DNA of 64,000 nucleotides from the human T2T-CHM13v2.0 reference genome, Homo sapiens. Every line of letters starts with the position of its first letter. The first letter of the stretch is position 1. Where the stretch lies: assembly GCF_009914755.1 (NCBI RefSeq), contig NC_060927.1. One strand, written 5' to 3'. A program made the translations under genes and the position numbers. Below the pieces are notes generated by a model. That model searched no databases. It was not told the DNA's origin and saw only the letters and a program-made list of their open reading frames with translations. Positions 39,912-55,639 of the stretch are shown one piece after another.

Positions 39912-41354
39912 AAAGTATGCAGGGATATTATTCCTTACATACTTCAGAGCTGCCTATTGGGAGGCCCCAGACCAAGCTGACTCTGCTATCTTCTACATGT
40001 ATTTTATGTATGTTTTGATATGAAAATATCTGGAAAGCATGGCCCTAGTTATAGACTATTACATTTAAAAAGATACATGAACTGCTATGTATGGGAAGTT
40101 TGACCAGGACCATTTGTAAAAGTTCTCTTTGTAATAACATTTTTCATTTGAAGAGAAAAATACATCTACCCCTCAAAATTTGCTCTCAAGTTTGAAAAGA
40201 CAGAGTCTATCTTCAGCTTAAGGGTGAGACTTCCTATTTGGGAGAACGAAATGAGGGTTGAGAAATGATGCCTTAATATGACCAGGAAAATCAGAGCGTC
40301 TTTAATTTGGTGATGATCTAATTTTATGTAGAGTAAGTCTACCGCCTGAAGGGAGGCTGGTTGGAAAAAATATACCTGTGTTACAAGATCTCATTATGCG
40401 ATATACTTCTTCACTTGGAAAATATCACCTATGACAAGCCACCATCCAAGGGGAGGAGCCCAAAGACAGCAGGAAACTCAGCCCTGGATGAAAGATGTTT
40501 GACATTGATAGTATTTGACATCAGTAGTTGTGATATGTTTTCTCATTCTAAGCAATGGCAAAATAAAGGAAAATAAAATAGACCTTACAAATATATCAAG
40601 TCAAAAGAGGCCTGAGATCTAAATCTTTCTTCAGAAAATTGGGATTTGGTTGGTGAGGAAATCGTAATTCCTAACAGTGTTTACTGGATTGAGCAAAGAG
40701 CTCAAATTGGTTCCTTCTCATGAGGGTGTTCAAAGTCTGTGCAATGTTTCTGAAAGACAGTACATTATATTGTTCTATTCAGCTAGTCTCCATTGCAACC
40801 TTGTTTGCTCCACAGTGTAATCGTTCCCTGACTTCCTTTCCATTTAATGTCTTCAGCACCTGCTCTACATAGCTTTTTAGTAACTGCATACTGAGTAGTT
40901 CTCATAGGAACAGGAGCTGAAATGACTGATGAATTCATAGAAACAGAAACATGTTTTCTCCCAGTGCAACTTGTCTTCCGGCAAAGTTTCATGTCCATGA
41001 AAAAATAATTTGCCATTAAGAAAGCAACACTATTCATTTTAATTAATGCATTTTCTACAAGTAATCATCAAAAAGACCAGATGAGTCAGTGTTTACAAAT
41101 TCACATTTTTAGTAGGTGTGTTTGACTGCTCCATAGATCTTGTCTTCTGCCTAAATGTTCCTTTAAAATATTTTGATTTATTATGATTAAATGTAAGCTA
41201 GGTTGGACCATTAATTAATTACAAATAAATTTGAGTTAAACCCAGACATTAATAACAGCATTAGAAAAAAATGCACTGGGTTTACATGCTAAACAGAGAG
41301 CTGTAACTTGGTTGTGAAATTTTACCTTCTTTGAAAATGACTGATACCAGGAGT

Positions 41355-41610
41355 TAAAACAGGCACCCCCTGGGTTAAATTTAGCCCATAGGGTGTTTTC
41401 TTTGGACAGTATCATATTTTAAAACAAATTAGAATTAGTGACCACCACTTGAAAATCAGGAGAGTTTTACACAAAATCAAGGATGTCCTTGATTTCAGTT
41501 TTAAAAAAAATCACCTCTTGGCATGGCTGAGCCTGCAATCTTCAGGGACTATCTCCAGTTGCCCCTTTAAGCAAGTGAGCAGTCTAGTGTGGCAAGTTTC
41601 CCACCCAGTG
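41355..41610. mobile_element. MER102-like hAT-Charlie remnant
   Basis: gaaaatcaggagagttttacacaaaatc...tgcccctttaa. Confidence 0.5.
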
Positions 41611-41614
41611 CAAT

Positions 41615-42260
41615 TCACTCATTCATCCAAACAGTCATTCAAGAAATATTTCCTGAGTACCTACCATGTGCCAGAAGACATTGTGCTAGATTCTGCCATC
41701 ATCAAACTTACAGCTTAAGGGGAAATGGACAGTAAGCTATTCTACAAAATTGCACATTTAGAGGAGTGCTATGAAGTAAAAGCTGCTATGGAAGCATTTG
41801 ACAGGATATCCTGAGCTATTCTGGGAGTGGGAGAGAAAGGGTCAGGGGTTTCCCTGCAGAAGCACATGTCAGACCTGGGATGTGAAGGACTAGGAGAGGT
41901 TACTTAGGCACAGTGTGTCCTAAGGAGAGCGAAGAGTAGGAGAGTTGAAGTGACCATAGATTGTTCAAGGACCTCAAGGAAGTTCAGTATGCACAGACAA
42001 AGAACAAGGGGGTGGCTGGCATGAATGTAGCAGGGAGTAGGCACAAGCAGGGTCAGACCTGGAGTCCTAGGGTTCAGGGAAAAATGATTGGTCTTGGTAT
42101 TTAAGAGCAGTGGGTAGACATTGAGGAATTTTTCAGCAAGTATCAGAAAAAGTACTTTTTGCTTCCAAAGTAACATTCTGGTTTACCGGGTGGGGAAAAG
42201 GCTCATAGGAAGCAAGAATAGAAGCAGTCAAGGATGATATGAACTAGAGTTGACCCTATA
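41615..42260 (-). mobile_element. L2 3' region
   Basis: cattcatccaaacagtcattcaagaaatatttcctgagtacctaccatgtgccag. Confidence 0.8.
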
Positions 42261-42339
42261 GAAAATGGCTCAAAAAATTGAAATGAAGCTAAAAAACTTT
42301 AAAGATACTGGAAATTGTACAAGGTCATAAAAGAAGACC

Positions 42340-42800
42340 TTCCATTTGCTGCCCCAAATCTACTCACCCCTGCTCTGTGCACAGGAGGCTGGCCCACATG
42401 GACTGTTTCCACAGGTTCCCTTACCTGCTGCTCTCTGGTATGTTCAGCCAATGGGCAGCACCAACAGGAGATCAGAGGGCGGCAGGAGTGAGGTCAGGGC
42501 ATTTATTGAGTCAGCTCCCTCTTTGATGGATGGCTACATCACTAGTGGTTACATTCCTTTTCCAAAGATCACAGCTCTTGTCAGACTACAGCTGTCTCCA
42601 GTTTCTGTACCCTTTCCTGGTCCTTGCCCTTCAAGCTTTGAGACAGCAGTGGTTTCTCACTGTTACCCACACAGGGTTTCATCATTCGTCATCAGTTTCC
42701 CTTAACTTTGCCCATACATTTTTAAATAGTACCTTCACTAAATTATACTTGGTTACCCCCATTTGAGTGTGCCACTTGTTTCCTGCCAGGATCCTTGGCC
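42340..42800 (+). mobile_element. ERVL LTR (LTR50/LTR40-like)
   Basis: ccctgctctgtgc..ggaggctg, cagccaatggg, caggagatcagagggc..gagtgaggtcagggcatttatt. Confidence 0.7.
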
Positions 42801-43039
42801 TTACCCCGAACTGGAAACAAGTCAATTTCAGTATTTAAAAAAAAATCCTTACCCTAGTATCTTTAAAGGTAAAGAGGCAAAAACCAATGATAATAAAAAT
42901 CACACTGACAAATCCAAAAGAGAAGCATTAGAGGCTTCATTCTCCTCACCACCTCTCTTAGAATGTGATCAAGAAAGCATCAAGAATGAAAAAGCACATG
43001 GGAGAGACACAGGAAGGGATACTGCAGTTGATGTTGTTT

Positions 43040-43365
43040 TGTAGTGGATTCCCCCCATCAGCTCAGTTGCTGGGAGTGTGCGTGGCTGGAGTCTCAGCTG
43101 AGGGGCTCTGTAGGCCATGCCTTTAGTCACAGAGAGTCAGCATGCAAAGACTGGTGGATGAGGGTGTACAAAGGTCCATGTAGGTCAACCCTGATGATTA
43201 TCCAAGGTCCAGGCTGAGGATCTGTCTACCATTGCTGGTGCAATATCTACCATCGGCCAGTCCTGCTTCCCTCGACCCTCACAGATGTTGATCCCAAGGA
43301 CACTCTCCAATAAACTTTCTACATAGAAGCATCTACTTCAGAATCCCCTTCCTAAGGAACCTGAT
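43040..43365 (+). mobile_element. LTR16-like ERVL LTR
   Basis: cagtcctgcttccct..cacagatgttgatcccaag..ctccaataaac..ggaacc. Confidence 0.75.
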
Positions 43366-43459
43366 GGAAGGCCGGTATTACGATCTATTTTCTTATATTA
43401 AAAACATAAAACCTCAAATGTCAGAAATGCAAATGGAGATATGATATATAATAGAGTGA

Positions 43460-43713
<254 letters not shown>

Positions 43714-44004
43714 ACAGTGAGCTTTATAAAAGTCCATGCAATATTGATTTCTTAATACGGATTTCTATATTAATAACTAGATGTAGCCAATTTGTCTTTT
43801 TATGTATAAATGACACAAAATTCTCTGTGTTAAAAGTACAGTATTCTTGTGGTTTTAGAAAGTAACACTATTTTAAAGATGATTAAGAAGAATGACCTTT
43901 TGAGAAATATTTCACATGAAGATGTCTCTATCACAGGAGGCTGTTAAAAGGGACAGACAAGGGTTGTGGTATGATGTACATTCCCCTAGGATATTCGTAA
44001 ATTT

Positions 44005-44310
44005 AGCTACTGTTTACTCAGTCCTTGCTATATGCCAGACCATGTGGTAAATGCTCTATGTGTATCTTCTCATGTAATCTACAAAATAACCTTTGAGGGA
44101 GATAATTTTATCATTCCCACAAGTAGAATAGAAGAGCATCCTGCCAAAAGTAGGACAATGTGGGTTCAAGTCACTGAATCTTCATAGGCATTAATTTCTT
44201 AGCTGATACGGGCATGAGAGCTAATCTACAGATGTGTGGCAGGAACTAAATGAGATGCAAGGGGTTGTGGAAGTGCTTTTCAAGCTAAGTTATTATGCAA
44301 GTGTTAGGAA
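44005..44310. mobile_element. Two MIR fragments in opposite orientation
   Basis: ttgctatatgccagac...ctcatgtaatc (minus); caagtcactgaatctt...aactaaatgagat (plus). Confidence 0.6.
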
Positions 44311-44498
44311 TGATAATCAATGTAGTTTATGTGTGTGTGAATGAGCAAGTGATCAGGTGCGTGTGTGTTTGAGAGAAAGGGTCCTCAACAGACTAGCAAA
44401 TTGGCACCTTCATTTCATTATTGTATCCATCAATAATCATGATATGTGAACTAGATTTTCTATTTCAGATGATTCAATTGCCACAAACGAAAGGATTA

Positions 44499-44720
<222 letters not shown>

Positions 44721-46344
44721 GAAAAATGACAAAGTGGAAAGGCATTTTATAATACAAAACATGATTTCTACTGTCCCCTTTTCCTTTTTCAAATAGTATT
44801 GGTAATTATCATTGTTATTATTCAAGGTAGAAAGTGATCATTTCTGCATTCTTTGGAGTAAACTGGTTCTTCTGCTGCTTGACAGTCAAAAATATGTTTG
44901 CTCAACAATACTCCACTCATACTCTTAAAAAATTATCTGATAAGAAGTCTTTCAAGTCTCACCAGTTCACTTTAAAATGACAAAACACCAGTCATGAAGT
45001 CGAATGGAGTTTCTCAGATTCATGTCATCATGATTGGTGGGATTCATGTCAGTGTTTTGTAAGAACTACAATAAGTTTCACTTCTATCATTTGGAGTGCT
45101 GGTTCACTGGGAAACATTTATAACTAATGCTGTTGTTCATAAACAGACTATGGAAGAAGAATGCAGCTCCAAATGGGAAATATGCTGAAAGCCTACCTGC
45201 ATAAATTTGACTTAATATTACTAATTTGGGTGGATAGATCATTGTTCACAGGCTTGGGTGAGCAAAACCAGTGTCTTGGAGCTTGAATTATAGAGAGAGG
45301 AACACTGGCTTATTAGACAGGCTTCGAATGCAAATGGGACACAGAAATTTCCATAGGCTCTGTTCTGATAATTTTTAAAAAGACATTTTTGAGAGCCTTG
45401 GAGAAGGTATTGCATGGAGTAGTAATCTAATTGTAAAGTTTTCACTTCATCTAATAGCAACGATAATAAAATCTCAAGAACAATCTTTCAGGAAGCTTCA
45501 GGAGTGTTTAAAAGATTTGGCATAATTATCACCACAGTTTTGTCTTTAGGCATAGAAAAAAAAAGGAAGAATCTTCAGGTGATCTTGGAATGGCCTAAAC
45601 ATCATTCATTCATTTATTTATTCAAAGTACAGTCTTAGAGCAATCACTATATTCCAGATTCTGTGCAAAGACTGAATATAAACAAAACATAAAACATTTT
45701 TTTTAAGTTCTCATAGTGCTTACAGACCTGTGAATCATGATATTAGGAGAAATGGGCTCTTTCTCTTTTTTGGACAAAAGGTAATTCTTCACTCTTGACT
45801 GTATGTTGTTTATGACAGTTACAATTGGAGAATGGAAAGGAAATTAGGAATGATGGGTGTAAGGGGAGAAGAGATAGAAGAAAATAATAAAACAAGAAGG
45901 AAATCAAAGGCAATGTTATCATAGTTGCTTCAGGGAAACTATGCCTTGATCCAGAATTGAGGTACAGCTGCCCTAGAAGTGATCAGCTCAATAACTCTTG
46001 AACCTTTGTTTCATCTTCCCTAACCTCTAATTCTATCTCTTTAGAAGTTAACTTCCAAAAGCGAATGACTGCATGCAAACCCTTCTCAAGCACTGTTTGT
46101 TGAGGAATTCTAGCTTAAGACAAGTGCTATTCAGACAGTTTAGCTAAGGCTGGGTCCACATCCACTGGACCCTTTGCTTATTTAAACATACAGATGTTTA
46201 ACTGGTACCATGACCCACATAGCTGTCTCTATGTGATGAGGTCTAGCCTTCTCTGAAAGTAGTTATAATTTTATTTTATCATATTTTATTTTATTTTACT
46301 GTTCAGTATGGTGCAGTAGACCAAGTCCTGAGCTGGCAAATATA

Positions 46345-46995
46345 CAGATAATAAATGTTCAATATCATTACTCATTGGGGAAATTCAAATTAAAACCCCA
46401 TGATATACCACTATACAATTGCTAAAAATGAATAAAATAAAATTTAAAATTCTGACAGTACCAAGTGCTTTTGAGAATGCAGAGCAGCTGCAACTCTTAT
46501 ATGCTGCTGATGGGAATGCAAAATGGCACAGCTACTTTGGAAAGCAGTCTGGTAATTTCTTAGAAAGCTAAACAGACATTTACCACATCATTCAATAATA
46601 CACTCAATCAAAATATTCTTCAGTTAATGAATAGATTTTTAAAATGGTGGTACACCCATGCAATGAAGTACCATCCAGCAATGAATAGAAATGTATTACT
46701 GACACATGCAACAACATGGATGACTTTCAAATGAATTATGCTAAGTAAAAGAAGCCAGACTCAAAGGGTCATGCACTATATGATTCCATTTACATGATAT
46801 TATCACAAAAGGTGAACGATAGAGGCAGAGAAGAGATTAGTAGTTTTCTGTGGCTGGAGGTGTGGGGAAGGGTTGATTACAAAATGGTATGGGGAAACTT
46901 TTTAGATGCTATAGCTATTCTATATCTTGATTATAGTGTTTGTTACGGCACTATATTTGTTAAAAACACATTGAAATTGACATTAAATTTGAATA
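46345..46995 (+). mobile_element. L1ME-like 3' fragment
   Basis: gggaatgcaaaatggcacagctactttggaaagcag; gaagccagactcaaa. Confidence 0.85.
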
Positions 46996-47189
46996 AAATC
47001 GAATAAAAACACAACGTAAAAATTTATATTTTACATTACAGATGATTTAATTTTATTCTATGGACATTATACTTCTGTAAACCAGACTTGAATATAAAGA
47101 TTATGTATCAGTCAACAAAAACATTTCTCAGAGTTGTATCTATTTTTAATCTTATCTGGGTTCCAAGAATATCATTTGTTCTTTTAAAA

Positions 47190-47312
47190 ATATATATTTA
47201 ATTGAAAAATAAAAATTGTATATATTGATCATGTTCAACATGTTTTGAAATATGTATACACTGTAAAATGGCTAAATTGAGCTAATTAATATGTGCAATA
47301 TCTCACATACTT
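47190..47312 (-). mobile_element. L1MA8/9 3' terminus
   Basis: ttttgaaatatgtatacactgtaaaatggctaaattgagctaattaa. Confidence 0.75.
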
Positions 47313-48450
47313 TTAATTGAGTTGTTTTTTTAGAGAAATGTAGAATGAAAGTCTAATATCTTCTAGAATTACTAATAAGGATTTCACTATTAATTAAAGT
47401 CAAAAATACACTCTGTGGGAGAGCAACAAAAATTCTCACTGAATGGAAAGAAAAAAGAAGTGAATATGTGGATACCTTTTACACAGACATCAAGTTGAAA
47501 AACTAAATAACAAATTGCTTTGATTTTCTTTCTGAAGACCTACTATTATAAAGAAAGAACAAATTTCAAAGTAGAAAAACAATATTCAGAACAACTGATA
47601 AAGAAAGGGGGAAATGGGGTTAATCAGCAATAAGCAAAGGTCTAAGCATGAAAAGTCAATTTGTTTTACAGAGACAGCAGTACTAATATGCTCTCTATAT
47701 ACAGTAGAAAAGGCAAGATGAAAAGCACACATCTTACTACTCCAGAGAGAACAGAATGAATGTAATTGACTTAACAATCCTCAAAATGACATGCAGAAAT
47801 ATTTAGCAGGACTCATTACATAAACTGAAAGAAGCCTTAAACCATATATTCACACTCAGTCCAATTACAATGAACAAATTTCCTAAATTAGCTGAATAGA
47901 AAATGAAACTATGTTACAAATCAATGGAAAATGAAACTCACTTTTCAGTTTAATTTATACATTTCCAGGTAATCTATAACTGTATAGATTACCTCAGATA
48001 GGTATAGGAATAATTACTCACATATGAAGAGTGATTTTAAAATATCATCCCTAGAAGGAAAAGTGAGTCTTTATATTTGTACAGAATGAAAAATATAAAG
48101 TTGATATAATGTCTTATAATCTATTGATATTCACATGCAGATGTTAAACTCATTTTAAAAACAAAATACTGCTTTGTTTAAGAAAATACCTACCTTTGTT
48201 CTTTCAGTACCATAAAAGCTATAATTTTATTTTCAATTCCAAAACAAAAACAATTTCAAAAACTTACATTTGTAGTTAAAAATCTTCTCATAATAGACAT
48301 TTGAATTTGTGGCACTTACAGTCCACAAGTTGTCAAATGGAGCTGAGTGTCTTGCTGGAGCCAGCAATCTCAGGGTGAAGACTCTGAAGCCATGGGCTAT
48401 TGCAGAAGTTAAGCCCCTGAAGTGCACATGGAAATCTGCTCACTGAATAT

Positions 48451-51400
48451 TGGACTGCCACATGGCTGACTAGGGATGTTGTATGCCAGTTATTCTTTGA
48501 AGAAAGATCAAAGTTACTGGCAAATAATCATTTTGAGTGGAAAATGGAGGGAGGATAGCCAGAACCTGTCAGAGTGCCCACATGAAGAAGCTGGGGAGCT
48601 CAGAAAAAAAAGTAGCAAAAGTCTGGATGAGATTGACCCCTCAGCCAGAGCCCAGCAAAAAGGATGGATGGGAGTGCTTACCCCTCTGACAATCTGCTGA
48701 CTGCAAAACTGATGGGGAGCCCCTCTGTCCCTACGACCAACAACAACGCTGTCAGTGTCAATGGCAATTAGAGATCTTCCTTAGAATAGAGAACTGGGTG
48801 GCCAGTTTGCACAGCCATGCAACACCCTCTCACACCCTGGTCAAGACAGTGGACACCATAATAGTTGTGCACCTGTGGCACCACTGTCTTACCTGGAGCT
48901 CCACTCTTGAACTGCAATACTACGAGACCTCCCACAGATAATCCCCATAACTCACTCTGACTTTGGCAAGCACAAGGAACTGGCAGATCTCCAGGAAGTT
49001 GTGGGTTTCTTGGAGAACTAACCCTCAGTGCATACCACCCCAGGGAAGTGGAGAGCACAGACTGCCAAAGCCTCCCCCAGGACAAAGGAAACACAAGTGC
49101 AAGTGCCAACCACTGAAGGGGGCACCACCAAAGGCTGGGAACAGACGGGGAGAGGGGTCATCTCTCACCCCTGCCCCTTCCCCAGTGGACTGTTACAGAC
49201 ATGACTATGGTTATTTCCAATGGAGCATGACGAGTGCACACTGGGCAAGGTTGCTTTCCCCACTTCTCCAATGACTTTATCCCTGCTGAAGGCAAGCACA
49301 AACTAAGGAGGGTTCTTTCTGCACTTAAGTAGCTCTACCCTAGGTGGGGATGAATTCATGCTGACAGCCTATAGCCTATCTACCAGCTCCTACACTTAAG
49401 TACCATCTACTGGACTGCAGCCTGAAGTATACCACCAAACAAAAATACATTGCTATGACATACAGCATCTGAAAAAGCAACTGCATGAACCTATTTGCAA
49501 CCAAGGAACCCATACAGAACCCTGGTCCTCTGAGAGTATCCAGATATAACACCAATCAGTCATACACAACATATGCTACGGTCATACCCTCGATGGAAAA
49601 AAGAATAAAAAATTTAAAAGCCCTATCCAAGCAATAGCATATTCAAGAAAAGAAGCATCACTTCCCTCAGATAAGGATTCAGCACAAGATCTCTGGCAAT
49701 ACAAAAAGCCGGCATGTTTTGGCTCCTTCACAATGGATCCTAGCCAGAATAACATATCTAAAATGACATACATAGAATTCAGAATATGAGTGGCAAGGAA
49801 GCTCAATGAGATCCAAGAGAAAATTGAAATCCAATATAAAGAAGCCAGAAAAAAAATCTTAGATTTGAAAGACAACATAGTTATATTAACAACAACAACA
49901 AAAAAAAACCCACAAATTCTGGAGTTAAAAAATTTCCTAAAATAATGTCAAAGTATACTTGGAAGTCTTAACAACAGACAAGAATAAGCAGAAGAAATAA
50001 TTTCAGAGCTTGAAGACTGGTCTTTCAAATTTACCCAGTCAGAAAAAAATAAAAAAGAATTAAAATAATAACCAATACCTTTGGGAAATATGAGATTCTG
50101 TAAAATGACCAAACCTATGATTTATTGGCATTCCTGAGAGAGAAGAAGAGAAAGTGAGTAACTTGGAAAACGAATTGAGGGTATAACTCAAGAAAATTTC
50201 CCCAATATTGCAAGAGACATTGGCATACAGATACAAAAAATTCATAGAACTCCTGTGAGATACTACATAAGACGACCATCCTCAAGGCATATAGTCAACA
50301 GAATACCCAAAGTCAACATGAAAGAATATCTTGAAGGTAAGGAGAGGAAAGGGTCCAGTTAATTACAAAGGGAATTCCATCAGACTAACAGCAGACTTCT
50401 CAGCAGAAACCTTACAAGCCAGAAGAGATTGGGGGCCTAGTTTTAGTCTTCTTAAAGAAAAGAAATGCCAGCCAAGAAATGCCAAACTAAGCTTTATAAA
50501 CAAAGTAGAAATAAAGTCCTTCCCAGAGAAGCAAACACTGAGGGAATTAATCACCATCAGACTGATGTAAGAAGAAATGCTTAAGGAAGTTCTAAACATG
50601 GAAACAAAGGAACAATACTTGCTACCACAAAAGCATATGTAAGTACAAAGCCCACAGACCCTGTAAAGTAACTACACAATCAAGATTGCAAAGCAACTAA
50701 CTAACATTATGACAAGAATGAAACCTCATATATCAATATTAACTTTGAAAGTAAACAGCCTAAATGCTCCACTTAAAAGACATAAAGTGGGCAGAGCACA
50801 GTGGCTCACACCTGTAATCCCAGCACTTGAGGAGGCCGAGGCAGGTAGATCATGAAGTCAGGAGATTGAGACCATCCTGGCCAACATGGTGAAACCCCAT
50901 CTCTATTAAAAATACAAAAATTAGCTGGGCGTGGTGGCATGTGCCTGTAATCCCAGCTACTTGGGAGGCTGAGGCAGGATAATCACTTGAACCAGGGAGT
51001 CAGAGGTTGCAGTGACCCGAGATCGTGCCACTGCACTCCAGCCTGGCAACAGAGTGAGACTCAGTTTCAATAAAAGAAAAGAAATAAAGTGGCAAATTGA
51101 ATAAAAAAAAAATTCATTCATCTGCTATTTTCAAGAGACCCACCTTACATGTAAATAACACCCATAGGCTCAAAGTAAAGGGACTAAGGAAGATTCATTC
51201 ATGCAACAATAAAAAGCAGAAAAGAGCAGAGGTCATTATTCTTGTATCAGATAAAACAGACTTTAAACCAAAAACAGTAAGAAAAGACAAAGATTATTAC
51301 ATAATGATGAGGGTTTAATTCAACAAGAAGATTTAACTATCATAAATATATATACAACCAACATTAGAAAACTCAGACTTATAAAACAATTAGACTACTA

Positions 51401-54086
51401 GATACTAGTCTGGTAGTGTCTATCTAAGAAAAGAGATAGATGGCCACACAATAACAGTGGGGGACTGCAACACCCCATTGACAGCATTAGACAGATAATT
51501 GAGGCAGAAAATTAACAAAGAAATTCTGCACTTATATTCGACACTTAGCCAATTTGACCTAATAGACAGCTACAGAATACTCTACCCAACAACCATAGAA
51601 TACACATTCTTCTCATCTGCCCATGGAACAGACTCTAAGTTCTACCACATGCTCTGGCATAAAACAAGTCTTCTTAAATTAAAAAAGAAATGAAATCATA
51701 CCAAGCATTTTCTCAGACCACAGTGACACAGAAATAGAAATTAATTTGAAAAGGACCTCTCAAAAACCACACAAACATATGGAAACTAAACAATTTGTTC
51801 CTGAATGACTTTTGTGTAAACAATGAAATTAAGACCGAAATCAAAAGAAATTTTGAAACAAGTGAAAATAGAGACACAACATACCAAAACCTATGAGATG
51901 TGGTGAAAGCAACATTAAGAGGAAAGTTTATAGCACTAAACACATATATCAAAAAGATAGAAAATTCCCAAATTAACAAGGTAATGTCACACCTAAAAGA
52001 CCTAGAAAATCAAGAACAAACTAGACCCAAAACTAGCAGAAGAAAAGAAATAACTACAATCGAGGAGAACTAAATGAAATTGAGACAAAATAAACTACTA
52101 AGGATCATTGAAACAAAAAATCGTTTTTGAAAGGATAAACAAGATTGATAGACCACTAGCTCAATTAACAAAGAAAGGAGGGAGAGAAGATCCAAATAAG
52201 CATAATCAGAAATGACAAAGGTGAATTACAACTGATTCCACTGAAATACAAAAGATCCTCAGAGACTCCTATGAACATCTCTAAGCGCACAAACTAGAAA
52301 ACCTAAAGAAAATGGACACATTTCTGGAAACACACAACCTCTGAAGGTTGAAACAGGAAGAAACACAAATCCTGAAGAGACTAATAATGACTTATAAAAT
52401 TGAATTAGTAATTTAGAAAATCTATCAAGCAAAAAGAAAGCCCTGAACCAGATGGATTCAAAGCCAAATTCTACCACACATACAAAGAAGAGCTGGTATC
52501 AATCCTACTGAAACTATCCCAAAAAAATCAGGATGAAGGGATTCCTCCATAACCCATTCTACAAATCCATTATCATCCTGACACCAAAATCTGGCAAGGG
52601 CACAATAAAAACGACAACTACAGGCCAATATCCCTGATAAACATAGACACAAAAATTTGCAACAAAATAATAGTAAACTGAATCCAGCAGCACATCACAA
52701 AGGTAATCCACCACAATTAAGTGAGCTTTATTCCTGGAATGCAAGGATAGTTCAGCATATGGATATTAATAAATGTGATTCATCACATAAATAATTAAAA
52801 ACAAAAACCATATATGATCATCTCAATAGAGGCAGAAAAAGCATTGGTAAAATCCAACATCCCTTCTTAATAAAACCACCCAACAAACTAGGCATCAAAG
52901 GAACATATCTCAAAATAATAAGATCCATCTATAATAGACCACAGCCAACATCATACTGAATGGGCAAAAGTTGGAAGCATTCCCCCTAAGAACTAGAAGA
53001 ACACAGGGATGACCACTCTCATCACTCCTATTCCATATAGTACTTGAAGACCTAGCCAGAGTGATCAGGCAAGAGAAAGAAATTAAAGGTATCCAAATAA
53101 AGAGAAAGTCAAATTATCTTTCTTCACTGCTGAGATCATTCTATACCTAGAAAACCCTAAAAACTCTGCCAAAATGCTCCTATAACTGATAAATGACTTC
53201 AGTAATGTTTCATGATACAAAATCGACGTGCAAAAATCAGTAGCATTTATATACGCCAATAGCATAAAGCTGAGAGTCAAATCAAGAACGCAATCCCATT
53301 TACAATAGCCAAAAGAAGAAATAAAATGCCTCAGGATATATTTAACCAAAGAAATGAAAGATCTCTACAAGGAGAACTACATATGCTGCTGAAAGAAATC
53401 AAAGATGATGCCAAAAATAGAAAAATATTTCATGCTCATGGGTTAGAAGAATCTATATCACTAAAATGGCTATAGTGCCCAAAGCAGTTTACAGATTCAA
53501 TGCTATTCCTATCAAAGTACCAATGTCATTTTTTTCACAGAAATAGAAAAAACTATTCTAAAATTCATATGGAACCAAAAAAGAGCCTGAATAAACAAAG
53601 CAATCCTAAGCAAAAAGAACAAAGCTGGAGGAATCACATTACCTATCTTCAAACTATACTACCAGGCTACAGTGTACAAAACAGCATGGTACTGGTACAA
53701 AAACAGACACATAGACCAATGGAAGAGAATAGAAAACCCAGAAATAAAACCACACACCTACAACAAACTGACCTCTAGCAAACTCAACAAAAATAAGCAA
53801 TAGGGAAAAGACTCCCCTATTCAGTAAATAGTGTTGGGACAACTGGCTGTACATTTGCAGGAGAATGAAACTGGAGCCCTACCTATTGCTGCATGCAAAA
53901 AATAATGCAAGATGCATTAAAGACTTAAATGTAGGACCTCAAACTATAACAATCCTAGAAGAAAACCTAGGAAATACCCTTCTCTATGTCAGCATTCACA
54001 AATAATTTATGGCTAAGTCCTCAAAAGCAATTGCAACACAAATAAAATTTACCAAGAGGGACCTAATTAAACTAAAGAGCTTCTGC

Positions 54087-54120
<34 letters not shown>

Positions 54121-55139
54121 AGATCAAGGGAGTAAACAGACAACCTACAGAATGAAAGAAAATATTCACAAACTATGCATCTGACCAAGTTTTAATATCA
54201 ACAATTTACAAGGAAATTAAACAAATATATAAGCAAAAAACAAATAACCCCATTAAAAAGTAGGCGAAGGACATGAACAGATACTTCTCAAAAAAAGACA
54301 TATATGTGGCCAAAATCATATGCAAAAGTGCTCATCATCACTAATCATCAGAGAAGTGCAAATTAAAACCACAATGAGATACTATCTCCCACCAGTCAGG
54401 ATGGGTATGTTAAAAAGCAAGCAAGCAAACAAACAAACAAATAGACAATAACAACAAAAAACAAAGAAACAGATATTGGCAAGACTGCTGAGAAAACAGA
54501 CACAAAAATGGTTGGTGGGAAGGTAAGTTAGTCTAGCCATTATGGAGAAGAGTTTGGAGATTCCTCAAAGAACTAAGAGTTGAACTACCATTCAACCCAG
54601 CAATCCCATTACTGGGTATACGCCCAAAGGAAAAGAAATCATTCTACCCAAAAGACACATGTACTCATATGTTCATTCCAGCAGTATTCACAATAGCAAA
54701 AACATGGAATCAACCCAGGTGCCAATCAATGGTAGATTGGATAAAGAAAATGTGGTACATGTATGCTATGGAACACTATGCCACTATATAAAAGAAAAAA
54801 ATCATGTTCTTTGTAGCAACATGAATGCAGCTGGAAGCTGTTTTCCTAAGCGAATTAACACAAGAACAGAAAACCAAATACCACATATTCTCACTTATAA
54901 GTGGGGGCTAAACATAGGGTAGACATGGACATAAAGATGGGAACAATAGACACTGGGGACTACTAGGTTGGGGAGAGAAGAAGTGGAGACGATTGCTGAA
55001 AAACTACCTATTGTGTACTATGCTCACTACCTGGGTGATGGGTTCGATCATACCCCAAATCTCAGCATCATGCAATATACTTTTGTAACAAACCCGCACA
55101 TGTACCCCCTGATTCTAAAATCAAAGTTAAAAAAAAAAA
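48451..55139 (+). mobile_element. Near full-length dead L1 (L1PB4/L1PA17-like)
   Basis: 5' UTR; ORF1 remnant (YKGNSIRLTADFSAETLQARRDW); EN remnant (YTFFSSAHGT); RT-region DNA; 3' UTR and poly(A); many stops and frameshifts. Confidence 0.95.
50790..51076 (+). mobile_element. AluSc-like inserted at the start of L1 ORF2
   Basis: TSD aaaagacataaagtg / aaaagaaataaagtg. Confidence 0.95.
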
Positions 55140-55311
55140 GAACACAATTCTAAGAAGTATGCATAGCCTTACTTAGATTTTAAGGTATTATGAATCAGAA
55201 AACGTTAAGAACCATTGCTCTAAAATAAATACAAGTACATAATTTTAACATGGTGAATGTTAAATGCTCTCACCTCAGTGGATATAATGTTTAGCTGATT
55301 AGCTGGTTTAA

Positions 55312-55639
<328 letters not shown>

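Noticed and set aside
50331-54922. Multiple 60-92 aa ORFs
   Set aside because: Fragments of dead L1 ORF1/ORF2, or their shifted and antisense frames.
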